Positions 1 to 9,967 of a stretch of DNA of 64,000 nt are shown piece after piece. Source of the DNA: Alistipes sp. (GTDB lineage Bacteria; Bacteroidota; Bacteroidia; Bacteroidales; Rikenellaceae); assembly GCA_029059935.1 (NCBI GenBank), contig JAIDUZ010000070.1, forward strand, positions 1,419-65,418. The letters run 5' to 3'. A model generated the notes under the pieces. It did not search any database. It was not told the origin of the DNA and saw nothing but the letters and a program-made list of their open reading frames with translations. A program made the translations under genes and the position numbers. Numbering within the stretch: the stretch's first letter is position 1; every line of letters starts with the position of its first letter.

Positions 1-692
1 GCGACGGCACGGTGAACTTTGCGGTCAACGCCATGAAAAACAAGGGACTGGACATACCCATCGGCATCATTCCTGCCGGCACGGCCAACGACTTCGCACG
101 GGCGCTGGGCATGTCGGACAAACCCCTGGAAGCGGCGCGGCAGATAGCGTTCGGCAGCATCGACCGGGTGGACTGCGGACGCGTAAACGGCCAGTACTTC
201 GTGAACGTCCTGTCGTTCGGCATCTTCACGACGACCTCGCAGCACACCTCCAACACGAGCAAACACCTGATAGGCAAACTGGCCTATCTGATCGAAGGCG
301 CCAAGGAATTCCGCTCGTTGCATGCCGTGCCGCTGGAAGTGGTGGCCGACGGAGAAGCGTTCGACCTCGACTCGCTGATGGTGCTGGTATTCAACGGCGA
401 AACGGCAGGCGGGTTCCGCCTGGCGCGCCGCGCGTCGGTCAAGGACGGGCTGTTCGACTGTCTGATGCTGGAAAAGAAGAACTTCTTCCGCTCCACGGTG
501 GCCATGTGGCGCTACCTGCTGGGCGGCAACCCCCGCATCATCCGGCAGATGCAGGTGCGCGAACTCGACATCCGCTCGACGCTCAACGAACCTACCGACG
601 TGGACGGACAGAAAGGAGCCGAATTCCCGCTGCACATCGAATGCCTGCCGGGCGGCCTGCAGGTGATGTGCGAAAAAGAGAACGACGCATGA
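1..692 (+). CDS. Diacylglycerol/lipid kinase family protein (YegS-like), 5' truncated by the window edge
   Basis: DGTVN at the window start, PAGTANDFARALG motif, C-terminal DVDGQ; frame open upstream of 12. Confidence 0.9.
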   Translation, partial: DGTVNFAVNAMKNKGLDIPIGIIPAGTANDFARALGMSDKPLEAARQIAFGSIDRVDCGRVNGQYFVNVLSFGIFTTTSQHTSNTSKHLIGKLAYLIEGAKEFRSLHAVPLEVVADGEAFDLDSLMVLVFNGETAGGFRLARRASVKDGLFDCLMLEKKNFFRSTVAMWRYLLGGNPRIIRQMQVRELDIRSTLNEPTDVDGQKGAEFPLHIECLPGGLQVMCEKENDA

Positions 693-1582
693 AAAAGACG
701 ACCCGCGAGAACCTCAAAAAAGTCTCGATACCGCGCATCAAGAAGGAGATGAGCGACGTATGCTATCTTTCCGACGACCTGGTCATCACGTCGCTCGACG
801 CCCAGCACAACACCACGTCGGAATACCCGGTGGCGATAGACGGATTCTCGGTCATCATCATGGGAGCGGGCGAAGCCGTAGTGTCGATAGACCTGAAGGA
901 ATACCACATACGCAAAGACAACATCGTATTCTTCAACTCGGGCAGCATCATCCGCACGATACGCTGCTCGGCCAACGCCGCAGCCTTCGTACTGACGTTC
1001 TCGGAGTCGTTCGTCAACGAAGTGCAGATCGACCTGTCGGCCTCGCTGCCGGTATACATGCGCTTCGGACGCTCGCCCGTGCTGCAAGCCACGACGCAGG
1101 ACGTGGCCGAGATACGCCAGATATTCCAGGTGGTCAAGACCATGCTCCAAAGCGACAAGGAACGCTACCGCCACGAAATCATCCGCTCGCTTTTCACGGC
1201 GGCCTTCTATCTGATAATCGACATCAACCAACGCGAAAGCCGCACCGAACAGAAACGGGGCCGCTGCGAAGTGCTGTTCAGCGAATTCATGAAACTGCTG
1301 GAACAGCACAGCAAGTCGCAGCGCAACGTGGGGTTCTATGCCCGGCAGCTCAACATTACGCCCAAATATCTGTCGGCGGCGGTGAAGGAAGTGAGCGGCA
1401 AGACGGCCGCCCGCTGGATAGACGAATCGGTCATCCTGGAAGCCAAGGCCCTGCTGAAATACTCGGGGCTGAGCATCCAGGAGATAGCCTACCGCCTCAA
1501 CTTCTCGACCCAGTCGTTCTTCGGCAAATACTTCAAACAACACACCGGCACCTCGCCCTCGCGCTACAAACGGAAAGGGTGA
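689..1582 (+). CDS. AraC family transcriptional regulator
   Basis: C-terminal HTH FYARQLNITPKYLS...IQEIAYRLNFSTQSFFGKYFKQHTGTSP; ATG overlaps the upstream stop (ATGA). Confidence 0.92.
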   Translation: MKKTTRENLKKVSIPRIKKEMSDVCYLSDDLVITSLDAQHNTTSEYPVAIDGFSVIIMGAGEAVVSIDLKEYHIRKDNIVFFNSGSIIRTIRCSANAAAFVLTFSESFVNEVQIDLSASLPVYMRFGRSPVLQATTQDVAEIRQIFQVVKTMLQSDKERYRHEIIRSLFTAAFYLIIDINQRESRTEQKRGRCEVLFSEFMKLLEQHSKSQRNVGFYARQLNITPKYLSAAVKEVSGKTAARWIDESVILEAKALLKYSGLSIQEIAYRLNFSTQSFFGKYFKQHTGTSPSRYKRKG

Positions 1583-1833
1583 CGAGGGGCAATCAAAATT
1601 TCGGGCGGCGAACAGGCGGCTGAAAGAGGAAGGAGCCGAGGAATCGGGCGGCGAACGGAAACCCGACGCGAATACGGCCGGACGCATTCGAAAACAACCG
1701 CCCGGAAGAGTTCGGATTCTTCGATTTCGACTTTCTGTCGTTTCGGGCGCTTTTTTTGCAGGCGAAGAAGAAAATTGCGGCCGAAGCCCTGCCGAACCGA
1801 AAAAATATGTACATTTGTAAAAACAACCATACC

Positions 1834-2715
1834 ATGGAGTACGCAAACCAACTGAACGGATACGCTCCCGCACGGAGCGCTGCCGAGGTCGACGAATGCG
1901 TCGCCCGCATGCGCAAGCTCGCCGCCGAGCGCAACCACAACGCCGAAGTCTACAAATTCTGCTACTCGGCCATCGACCTCACGACCCTGTCGTGCAACGA
2001 CTCCGTAAAATCGGTGACGGAGTTCGCCCGCAAGGCGGCCGAGTTCTACCAGAAATACCCCTCCATCCCCAACGTGGCGTCGATCTGCATCTACCCCTCG
2101 TTCGTGGAGACCGTCGGGCTGGCCGTCGACGGCACGCCCATGCGCATCACGTCGGTGGCCGGCGGATTCCCGGCGGCGCAGACCTTCCTGGAAGTCAAGG
2201 CGCTGGAGGTGGCCATGGCCATCGAAAACGGAGCCGACGAAGTGGACATCGTACTCAACGTAGGCCGCATGCTTACGGGCGAATACGACGAAGCGGCCAA
2301 CGAAGTGGAGGTGATCCGCTCGGAGATGGACCGCGACGTGGTGCTGAAGGTCATCATCGAATCGGGTGCGCTCAAAACCCCCGAACTGATCCGCAAGGCT
2401 TCGCTCCTCTCGATGTTCGCAGGTGCCGACTTCATCAAGACCTCGACCGGCAAAATCGATGTGGCGGCCACGCCCGAAGCAGCCGTGACGATGTGCGAAG
2501 CCATCCGCGACTACCACGAGAAGACGGGCCGCAAGGTGGGATTCAAGGCCGCCGGAGGCGTCCGCACGGCCGAAGATGCGGCGCTCTACTACACCATCGT
2601 GGAAGAGATTCTGGGCAAGGAATGGCTGACCGTGGACCTCTTCCGCATCGGTGCCTCGTCGGCCGCCAACAACATCCTTTCGGCCATCGAGGGCAAGGAA
2701 GTGAAATATTATTAA
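1834..2715 (+). CDS. deoC: Deoxyribose-phosphate aldolase
   Basis: IDLTTL, GADEVDIV, LKVIIE, ADFIKTSTGK, GFKAAGGVR, RIGASS motifs; TACATTTG -7 box at 1810. Confidence 0.96.
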   Translation: MEYANQLNGYAPARSAAEVDECVARMRKLAAERNHNAEVYKFCYSAIDLTTLSCNDSVKSVTEFARKAAEFYQKYPSIPNVASICIYPSFVETVGLAVDGTPMRITSVAGGFPAAQTFLEVKALEVAMAIENGADEVDIVLNVGRMLTGEYDEAANEVEVIRSEMDRDVVLKVIIESGALKTPELIRKASLLSMFAGADFIKTSTGKIDVAATPEAAVTMCEAIRDYHEKTGRKVGFKAAGGVRTAEDAALYYTIVEEILGKEWLTVDLFRIGASSAANNILSAIEGKEVKYY

Positions 2716-2754
2716 CGGTCAACGAAGGGCCCGACGGGTCCGTCGCTGCGACAA

Positions 2755-2790
2755 AAAACGCTCTCCGGGAATCATCCGGGGAGCGTTTTG
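2755..2790. terminator. Bidirectional intrinsic terminator after deoC
   Basis: AAAACGCTCTCCGG...CCGGGGAGCGTTTT hairpin between convergent genes. Confidence 0.75.
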
Positions 2791-2872
2791 TTGAATGCAG
2801 CCTCCGTGAATCATTCAAAACAAGGCTGCCGCTTCCGATCGTAGCCGAGGGGTATTATGCCCGGCCAGCATT

Positions 2873-3178
2873 TCAATAACCTTCCTCCATGAAGAGGTCG
2901 GACGGCAGGTCGTCCTCGGCATCCTCGAAATAATCGGCCTGGACATCCTCCTGCGCCGCAGGCTGAGCCGCGGGAGCGGAACTCTTCTTGGGAGCCGGAG
3001 TCTGCCCGGGAGCCGGGGCTGCGGCGGCCTCGGAACCGGGGCTGCGCTGCCACAGATGCGACCACTCGAAATCGTCGGGCCAGACGAGCGACCGGTAGCG
3101 TCCGCTGCCGAGGACGGTGAAGACGATGATGGCGAGCGTCGCCAGCGTGAAGAGGATGCCAATCAGTTTCTTAATCAT
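2873..3178 (-). CDS. Small hypothetical protein with one N-terminal TM segment and an acidic tail
   Basis: MIKKLIGILFTLATLAIIVFTVLG; start overlaps the S41 gene stop. Confidence 0.7.
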   Translation of the reverse strand: MIKKLIGILFTLATLAIIVFTVLGSGRYRSLVWPDDFEWSHLWQRSPGSEAAAAPAPGQTPAPKKSSAPAAQPAAQEDVQADYFEDAEDDLPSDLFMEEGY

Positions 3179-4814
3179 TTTTCGGGGTGTCGTTAAGGAT
3201 TTCGATGGCCCGCACGATGACGTTGTCCACCGGATAGATGTTGGCATAGAAACCCGTATCCTCCAACCGGGTGTTGCGGCCGATGTAGGCCCGGAGCTGG
3301 GCCTCGATGAGCCGGCGCGAACGCGCGATGTCGGCGCGCCGAGGAGCCACGCCCTGCCGTGCGGCATAGGCGACGAAGTCCTCCACCAACCGGGTGTCGC
3401 GGTCCAGCAACGCCTGCAACTCCCCGACGGCAGAGACCGAATCGAGCGCCCGGCGGTGCCGGTCGGCATACTCGATGGTATAGCGGTAGAGGATATTGCG
3501 GCCCGCGACCTCGACGAAATAAGGGGTCATGCCGGTGGTGTCGGCCGGGACGAAGACATCGGGCATGATGCCCCCGCCGCCGTAGACCACCTTGCCGCCG
3601 GGAGTGACGAACCGCAGCGAATCGGCGAAACGGATGCTGTCGGCCGAGAAGAGTTCGTTGTGGCGGTAACGCTCCCACAGCTCCTCGCCGTAACCGTCGC
3701 CGTCGCCGTTGGTATAGGGCTTCTGGATCGAACGCCCCGTGGGCGTGTAGTAACGTGCGGTGGTGAGGCGCAGGGCCGAACCGTCGACGAAAGGAATCTG
3801 CTGCTGCACGAGCCCCTTGCCAAACGAACGGCGGCCGACGATGGTGCCGCGGTCGTTGTCCTGCAAGGCCCCGGCCAGAATCTCGCTCGACGAAGCGCTG
3901 CCCTCGTCGATGAGCACGGCCACGGCCATGTCCTGGGCCGAACCGGTGCCGGTGGCATACTCGCGCAGCTGCTCGCCGCTGCGGTCCTCGGTGTAGACGA
4001 TGAGCTGTCCCTGGTGCAGGAACTGATCGGCGACAGCGATGGCCTGGTCGAGGTAACCGCCCGCGTTGCCGCGCAAGTCGAAAATCAACCGGTCGACGCC
4101 CTGCCGGCGCAGCGAATCGAGCGCCCGGGCCATCTCGGCCGACGTGGTGCGGGCGAACTGCCCGAGCTTGATGTAACCGGTGGTGCCGGAGATGCGGAAC
4201 GCCGACTCGATGCTTTTGATGGGGATGGCACCGCGCACCACCTCCACCTGCACGGGTCCGTCGATTCCCTGCCGCTTCAATCCCAGCCGCACGGTAGTGC
4301 CGCGCGGGCCGCGCAGCCGTCTGACGATGCGGTCCTGCGGGATGCTCCGGCCGGCGACAAGCGAATCATCAATATGCACGATGCGGTCGCCGGCCCGCAC
4401 GCCGGCCTTGTCGCTCGGACCGCGGGGGATGACGTTGAGGACGATGACCGTGTCGGTGGCCATGTTGAAGACGACGCCGATGCCGTCGAACTCGCCTTCG
4501 AGCGGCTCGTTCATGGCGGCCATTTCCTCGGCGGGGATGTAGACCGAATGGGGGTCGAGCTCGCCGACGAGCAGCGGAATGACAAGCTCGGCGAGCGAAT
4601 CCGCCGACACGGGGTCGACATACCGGCTCTCGATGAGCGAGAGGGTCTGCGTGAGCTTGTTGTCGGGCTGGGCGAGCCGCTCCATCAACAGGTCGCGCAG
4701 CTGTGTGCCGGCCGTATTGCGGCCGACGTAGACGCCGAACAGGGCGCCGGCGACGATACCTGCCGCCAACACCAGAGGAAAGAGGACGATCCGCATCGGA
4801 TTCTTGTACATCAC
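3171..4814 (-). CDS. S41 family C-terminal processing protease (PDZ + S41)
   Basis: LDPHSVY, FDGIGV, DLRGNAGG, SASSSEI, GRRSFGKGLVQ, ARYYTPTGRSIQ. Confidence 0.95.
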   Translation of the reverse strand: MMYKNPMRIVLFPLVLAAGIVAGALFGVYVGRNTAGTQLRDLLMERLAQPDNKLTQTLSLIESRYVDPVSADSLAELVIPLLVGELDPHSVYIPAEEMAAMNEPLEGEFDGIGVVFNMATDTVIVLNVIPRGPSDKAGVRAGDRIVHIDDSLVAGRSIPQDRIVRRLRGPRGTTVRLGLKRQGIDGPVQVEVVRGAIPIKSIESAFRISGTTGYIKLGQFARTTSAEMARALDSLRRQGVDRLIFDLRGNAGGYLDQAIAVADQFLHQGQLIVYTEDRSGEQLREYATGTGSAQDMAVAVLIDEGSASSSEILAGALQDNDRGTIVGRRSFGKGLVQQQIPFVDGSALRLTTARYYTPTGRSIQKPYTNGDGDGYGEELWERYRHNELFSADSIRFADSLRFVTPGGKVVYGGGGIMPDVFVPADTTGMTPYFVEVAGRNILYRYTIEYADRHRRALDSVSAVGELQALLDRDTRLVEDFVAYAARQGVAPRRADIARSRRLIEAQLRAYIGRNTRLEDTGFYANIYPVDNVIVRAIEILNDTPKND

Positions 4815-5989
4815 TTGTTCTTGAAGGTATAGGAGAGACCCACGCTCAGGAGCGTTTTGGTCTGCACATCCACATTCTGTGCCCGGTTGTAATAGAACTC
4901 GAAGTTGAGCGTGGTGGAGAGGTATTTGGTGGCCCGGATGTCGACGGTGTTGGTCCAGCGCACGGTGGGATGGATGGAGAGGTTGGGCTTGTCGGTCAGC
5001 TCATGCCCCACGGAGGTGTTGTCCTTGTCGTTCCACGCTTCGAGCGCCCGGAGGTACTCGCCGTAGGATCCGATCTTGTTGTGCTGCCCGATGTTGGTGA
5101 TCCAACCGTAGAAAGAGAAAATAGAAGTACGGTAACGCAGGATGCCCTTCTTGCCGAAGGTGCGGTCGAAATCGACCTGGACCGAAGAACCGCCCTCGTA
5201 CTTCGAAGTCTTGTCGGGACCGGCCAGGCCGTAGGTTTGCCACCCGGGCTTCTTGTCCCAGACGTTCTCGCGAATCAAGGCGCTCTCGACGAAGACGGCG
5301 CTCAAGGCGATGGGCGAGATGTTGACGACGATGGGGAACTTGGGCTTGGGGCACTTGTAGGTGATACCCAGCGAGACGTCGAGGTAGCCGGGAGCCATGA
5401 AGGCGCTCTTGCGCTCGATTTCGTCCTGCTGCGTACGCGAGATGTAGCCGTTGGCGAACTGGCTGCGGAACTTGACGATGGCACCGTAGGACCAGTTCTT
5501 GGACATCTTGAACGACGGAGCCACCGAGATGTCGAACTCGTCCTGGTTCTTGAACCACACGCCTTCGCTGCTGGTGCCGTCGTCGGTGGTGGTCTCGACC
5601 TTCATGCGGTTGTAGCCGAACTTGGCGACGAACTTGGTCTCGACGGAAAAGAGGTTCTTGGTAAAGGTGTGGTTGAGAAACAGATTGGCCAGCAAGGCGA
5701 TGGAGTTGTCACCGCCCGACACCTTGATCCACGAATCGTTGTGCGACGTGAGCGCCCCCTGCAAACCGCCGCCGAACTCCAGCGTGTTGCGCTCCTTGCG
5801 GACGGCGGCGCGCTCGGCGCGGTAGCGGGCCCGGCTGAAATAATCGACCTCGACGGGGATGGAGCGGACCGGATCGCGGAACACCGGCTCCTCCTGCCGC
5901 ACATCGACCTCGTCGACCGAGAACTGGGCCGAAGCCGCGGAAGCCGCCAACAAGGCCGGCAAAAGCAAGAACAACGAACGATATTTCAT
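4811..5989 (-). CDS. DUF3078-like outer-membrane beta-barrel protein
   Basis: Signal peptide, W..GGDNS, FRSQFANGY, FMAPGY, C-terminal GLSYTF. Confidence 0.8.
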   Translation of the reverse strand: MKYRSLFLLLPALLAASAASAQFSVDEVDVRQEEPVFRDPVRSIPVEVDYFSRARYRAERAAVRKERNTLEFGGGLQGALTSHNDSWIKVSGGDNSIALLANLFLNHTFTKNLFSVETKFVAKFGYNRMKVETTTDDGTSSEGVWFKNQDEFDISVAPSFKMSKNWSYGAIVKFRSQFANGYISRTQQDEIERKSAFMAPGYLDVSLGITYKCPKPKFPIVVNISPIALSAVFVESALIRENVWDKKPGWQTYGLAGPDKTSKYEGGSSVQVDFDRTFGKKGILRYRTSIFSFYGWITNIGQHNKIGSYGEYLRALEAWNDKDNTSVGHELTDKPNLSIHPTVRWTNTVDIRATKYLSTTLNFEFYYNRAQNVDVQTKTLLSVGLSYTFKNK

Positions 5990-6118
5990 AAAGCGGAAAT
6001 TTGAACCGAGAGGAAATACGGTGCAAATTTATGAAATAATTCAGAGAATCCGTAACTTTGTCGTAAGGTTGGAACCCGAATCTTCCGGTTTCGGCCTTTC
6101 GACTTTCATCTTACGCAA

Positions 6119-6964
6119 ATGAAGCATTTCGGAGCACACGTCAGCGCCTCGGGCGGCGTAGGGAACGCCCCGGCCAACGCCCGGGCCATCGGAGCCGCGG
6201 GATTCGCCCTGTTCACCAAGAACCAGCGCCAATGGATGGCCAAGCCGCTCACGGCGAAAGAAACCGACGAATTCCGCCGGGCCTGCGAACAGGGCGGCTA
6301 CGGCCCGGCACAGATACTGCCCCACGACTCCTATCTGATAAACCTGGGGCACCCCGAACCCGAAGGGCTCGAAAAGTCGCGCGAAGCCTTCACGGACGAG
6401 ATGCGCCGCTGCGAACAACTGGGGCTCGACCGGCTGAACTTCCACCCGGGGAGCCACCTGCGGCAGATAAGCGAAACCGAGAGTCTGGACCGCATAGCCG
6501 AATCGATCAATCTGGCGCTCGACCGCACGCACGGGGTGACGGCCGTCATTGAAAACACGGCCGGGCAAGGCTCCAACCTCGGGTATCGCTTCGAACAGAT
6601 AGCCTACATCATAGAACGGGTCGAAGACAAGTCGCGCGTGGGCTGCTGCATCGACACCTGCCACGCTTTCGCGGCCGGATACGACCTGCGCACCGCCGCG
6701 GCCTGCGACGCCACGTTTGCGGAACTGGACCGCACCGTAGGACTGCAATACCTGCGCGGCATGCATCTGAACGACGCCCTGAAACCCCTGGGCAGCCGCG
6801 TCGACCGCCACGCCCCACTGGGCGACGGCGAAATAGGCTGGGAATGCTTTCGCTACATAGCCCGCGACGTCCGGTTCGACGGCATGCCGCTGATTCTTGA
6901 AACCCCCGACGAAAGCCGCTGGCCGGCCGAAATAGAGGCGCTGAAGCGGCTGGCGGAGGAGTAA
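6119..6964 (+). CDS. nfo: Endonuclease IV (AP endonuclease)
   Basis: [54 protein letters not shown]. Confidence 0.97.
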   Translation: MKHFGAHVSASGGVGNAPANARAIGAAGFALFTKNQRQWMAKPLTAKETDEFRRACEQGGYGPAQILPHDSYLINLGHPEPEGLEKSREAFTDEMRRCEQLGLDRLNFHPGSHLRQISETESLDRIAESINLALDRTHGVTAVIENTAGQGSNLGYRFEQIAYIIERVEDKSRVGCCIDTCHAFAAGYDLRTAAACDATFAELDRTVGLQYLRGMHLNDALKPLGSRVDRHAPLGDGEIGWECFRYIARDVRFDGMPLILETPDESRWPAEIEALKRLAEE

Positions 6965-7022
6965 AGCACCAATAAGAAAGGGACGTACTTGGCACGTCCC
7001 TTTTTGTTTAAAAACACAAATT

Positions 7023-7781
7023 TCACGGATTTACATCCGAGGATGTTACGGGTAAAATTTTCTTAGCCGTTTTATACAACGGCAAACTTTTCAAACCATC
7101 TATATGTTCATACAAACTATTATCAATATGAGGCGCATACATAGCATCCAAAACAAAATCAATCCCTTCCCTACGTGCCAACTTGGCGGCCGGCACGAAA
7201 TCGGAATCTCCCGAAATAAGAACGATCTTATCTACAAATTGTTTAAGTGCTAAAGAAGCTATGTCCACACCTATCTTCATATCGATGCCCTTTTGTCTAA
7301 TTTCAAAATACACATCATCTTCAAGCAGATTCGAAGCATTTTTAGCACCTTTGATTATGTCATCAACAATATGACTTCTGAATTGCCAGGAATTAGTAGT
7401 TTTGAGCTTTCCCAATCTCAATGCCATTTTTCTCTTTTTCTTCAATTCTTCAAGAAGGTTTCTTTTGAAAACAGCCTGCGGGGAATTATTGAAATTGATA
7501 CATTTTTTCGATATGGGATTATGAACTCTTTTTTCCAAAGGAACACAATCGTAATAAAAAATGCGGTACAAATAATTTTCATTTCCAACATGAGAATGAG
7601 CCAATGTATAAATATCATTGGCTACTGCTTCAGGCGTTTTTATTCCGAGTTTATCATACAACGTATGATATCGTTTAAGAAAAAATCCGCCATCGATAAG
7701 GACAGCTACTCTAATAGGTGTCGAGACACTGGGAATGTTTTGCCTACGACTTGTCGATTGTGGTGATTTTGCAGTAGTCAT
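7023..7781 (-). CDS. NYN domain (LabA/DUF88, PIN-like fold) putative RNase, AT-rich
   Basis: AVLIDGGFF, RIFYYDC, QKGIDMKIGVD, LISGDSDFVPAAKLARREG, EHID acidic motifs; 21/60 GC at 7381-7440. Confidence 0.9.
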   Translation of the reverse strand: MTTAKSPQSTSRRQNIPSVSTPIRVAVLIDGGFFLKRYHTLYDKLGIKTPEAVANDIYTLAHSHVGNENYLYRIFYYDCVPLEKRVHNPISKKCINFNNSPQAVFKRNLLEELKKKRKMALRLGKLKTTNSWQFRSHIVDDIIKGAKNASNLLEDDVYFEIRQKGIDMKIGVDIASLALKQFVDKIVLISGDSDFVPAAKLARREGIDFVLDAMYAPHIDNSLYEHIDGLKSLPLYKTAKKILPVTSSDVNP

Positions 7782-7789
7782 AAAAACAT

Positions 7790-7849
7790 AAAAAAGCTCT
7801 CGGGGTCGGCATATTCATTATCAAGTAGGAATATACGGAAGCCGAGAGC
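7790..7849 (-). ncRNA. Structured leader RNA ending in a terminator-like U-tract directly upstream of the NYN gene (candidate)
   Basis: Minus strand GCTCTCGG-CTTCCG-TATATTC-loop-GAATATG-CCGACC-CCGAGAGC-TTTTTT, then 8 nt to the ATG. Confidence 0.55.
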
Positions 7850-7852
7850 GTA

Positions 7853-7895
7853 ATTGTGTATTGCAAAATTACACAATCAAAATTGATTATACAAA
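7853..7895 (-). promoter_or_regulatory. Bacteroidetes sigma-A promoter of the NYN unit with an overlapping inverted repeat
   Basis: TTTG (7895-7892), 20 bp spacer, TAATTTTG (7871-7864); ATTGTGTA-N9-TACACAAT palindrome at 7853-7877. Confidence 0.7.
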
Positions 7896-7910
7896 TATTT
7901 TGCCATTTTT

Positions 7911-9173
7911 TTAATTTTTATTTTGAAAATAACTTTGAACCAAATCCGAAAACAACGAATTCTCACCTCTTCTGTTCTCCAATCCGTCCAGGCACCGGCG
8001 AATCAAAGCGGCGCTGTCGCGAATCTCGCAATCGGAGATGGTCAGCGGAGGCGAGATGCGGAATGCCGTGTCGCAATAGAGGAACCAATCGCTCATGATG
8101 CCGGCCTCCTTGAAGAGCTCCATGATGCGGTAGAGCGGCTCCGAAGCCCCCAGCTCGACGGCCAGCAACAGCCCCGAACGGCGGATTTCGCGCACGGCGG
8201 GATGGTCGGCGAGCAACTCCTCGTAGAGGGCGCCCTTGCGCTCGACCTCCTCGACGACCCGATTCTCCGACAAGTAATTCAACGCTGCCAAGCCGGCCGC
8301 GCAACAGACCGGATGGCCGCCGAAAGTGGTGATGTGGCCCAGCACAGGGTCGCTCTGCAACGTATCCATGATTTCGTGGCGCGAGACGAACGCCCCGAGG
8401 GGCATGCCGCCGCCGAAAGCCTTGGCCAGACAGACGATGTCGGGCACGACGCCGTACTTCTGCATGGCGAACATGGCGCCCGTGCGGCCCATGCCGGTCT
8501 GTATCTCGTCGAAAATCAGGAGTGCTCCGACCTCATCGCAACGCCGGCGCAGCGCTTCGAGGTATCCGGGCGCAGGCGGCCGGACCCCGGCCTCGCCCTG
8601 CACGGGCTCGGCGAGAACGCAGGCCGTGCGGTGCGTGATGCACTGCAACTCGTCGAAGTCGTTGAACTCGATGGCCTGCACGTCGGGCAGCAAAGGCCGG
8701 AACGCATTCTTCCACTCCTCGCCCTCGGGGGCGCCCATCATGCTCATGGCCCCGTGCGTGGAACCGTGGTAGGCGCGGCGCATGGAGATCAACTCGGTGC
8801 GGCCCGTAAAACGTTTGGCCAGCTTCAATGCCCCCTCGACCGCCTCGGCACCCGAATTGACGAAATAGACGCTCTCCAAGCTGCCGGGCAGCAACGACGC
8901 GATGCGGGCGGCATACTCCACCTGCGGAGTCTCGACCAGCTCGCCGTAGACCATCACGTGCATGTAGCGCGCGGCCTGCTCCTGCACGGCCCGCACGACG
9001 GCCGGATTGGCATGCCCGACGTTGCTGACCGACACGCCGGCGACCAGGTCATAGTAACGCTTGCCCTCGGGCGTATAGAAAAACGAGCCCTCGGCCCGGG
9101 CGACCTCCACCAACATGGGCGACGGCGATGTCTGCGCGACATGGGAAAGGAACTGCTTGCGGAGTATGTTCAT
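7911..9173 (-). CDS. Class III PLP aminotransferase (acetylornithine aminotransferase-like)
   Basis: NSGAEAVEGALK, YHGST, EPVQGEAG, FDEIQTGMGRTG, AKAFGGGMPLG, TTFGGHP. Confidence 0.92.
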   Translation of the reverse strand: MNILRKQFLSHVAQTSPSPMLVEVARAEGSFFYTPEGKRYYDLVAGVSVSNVGHANPAVVRAVQEQAARYMHVMVYGELVETPQVEYAARIASLLPGSLESVYFVNSGAEAVEGALKLAKRFTGRTELISMRRAYHGSTHGAMSMMGAPEGEEWKNAFRPLLPDVQAIEFNDFDELQCITHRTACVLAEPVQGEAGVRPPAPGYLEALRRRCDEVGALLIFDEIQTGMGRTGAMFAMQKYGVVPDIVCLAKAFGGGMPLGAFVSRHEIMDTLQSDPVLGHITTFGGHPVCCAAGLAALNYLSENRVVEEVERKGALYEELLADHPAVREIRRSGLLLAVELGASEPLYRIMELFKEAGIMSDWFLYCDTAFRISPPLTISDCEIRDSAALIRRCLDGLENRRGENSLFSDLVQSYFQNKN

Positions 9174-9265
9174 TTTACAAAAGTGAAAGGTGAAAAGGGA
9201 AAAGCGAAAGGTTTTTATCCTCGCATCTGCCGCAAAGAACAATTATGTTATAGGGTCCGGGACCT

Positions 9266-9967
9266 TTATTCCCGATCCTGCAACCCGTCGCCGAAGTGGC
9301 GGTTGAGAATTTGTGCGGCATCGGCGACGCTGCGGTACATCCACCGGTAGAGCGTTTCGGTCTGCAAGGCGGGCGGCAAAGCCCACTCCCCCACCTGCTG
9401 CCGCACGCGCTGCGACAACATGTAGATGAGGATGGCGGCCGACGCCGAGACGTTGAGACTCTCGACCATGCCGCACATGGGGATGCGCAGGAACTCGTCG
9501 GCCGCGGCGACCGCCTCGTCGGAGATGCCGGCATGCTCGGTGCCGAAGACCAGAGCGAAAGGCCCGCGCGCGACGTCGAACGTCTCGGGCGTGGTATCCT
9601 CGCGGTGAGGCGTGGTGCAGACGATGCGGTAGCCCTCGGCCCGGAGTGCGCGGAGCGCCTCGGCTGACGAAGCGTGACGGCAAACGTCGACCCACCGGTC
9701 GGTGCCCCGCACGACGGCGGCCGCGGGGCGGAACTCGCAGCGGTCCTCGACAGTGTGCATGCGCTGCAAGCCGAAAGCCTCGCAATGGCGGACGAGCGCG
9801 GCGGCGTTCTGCGGATGGAACGTATTCTCGGCCAGGACGGTCATATAATGCGTACGCTGCGCCACGGTGCGGCGGAAGAGTCCGGCACGCTCCTCGGTCA
9901 TGAACTCCGCGAGGCAGGCGATGCGCTCCTCGTACCAGGCGGAGGGTCTATTTGCGGTATTTGTCAT
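9266..9967 (-). CDS. TrmH/SpoU family RNA methyltransferase
   Basis: HPQNAAALVRHCEAFG, FGTEHAG, IPMCGMVESLNVS. Confidence 0.93.
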   Translation of the reverse strand: MTNTANRPSAWYEERIACLAEFMTEERAGLFRRTVAQRTHYMTVLAENTFHPQNAAALVRHCEAFGLQRMHTVEDRCEFRPAAAVVRGTDRWVDVCRHASSAEALRALRAEGYRIVCTTPHREDTTPETFDVARGPFALVFGTEHAGISDEAVAAADEFLRIPMCGMVESLNVSASAAILIYMLSQRVRQQVGEWALPPALQTETLYRWMYRSVADAAQILNRHFGDGLQDRE

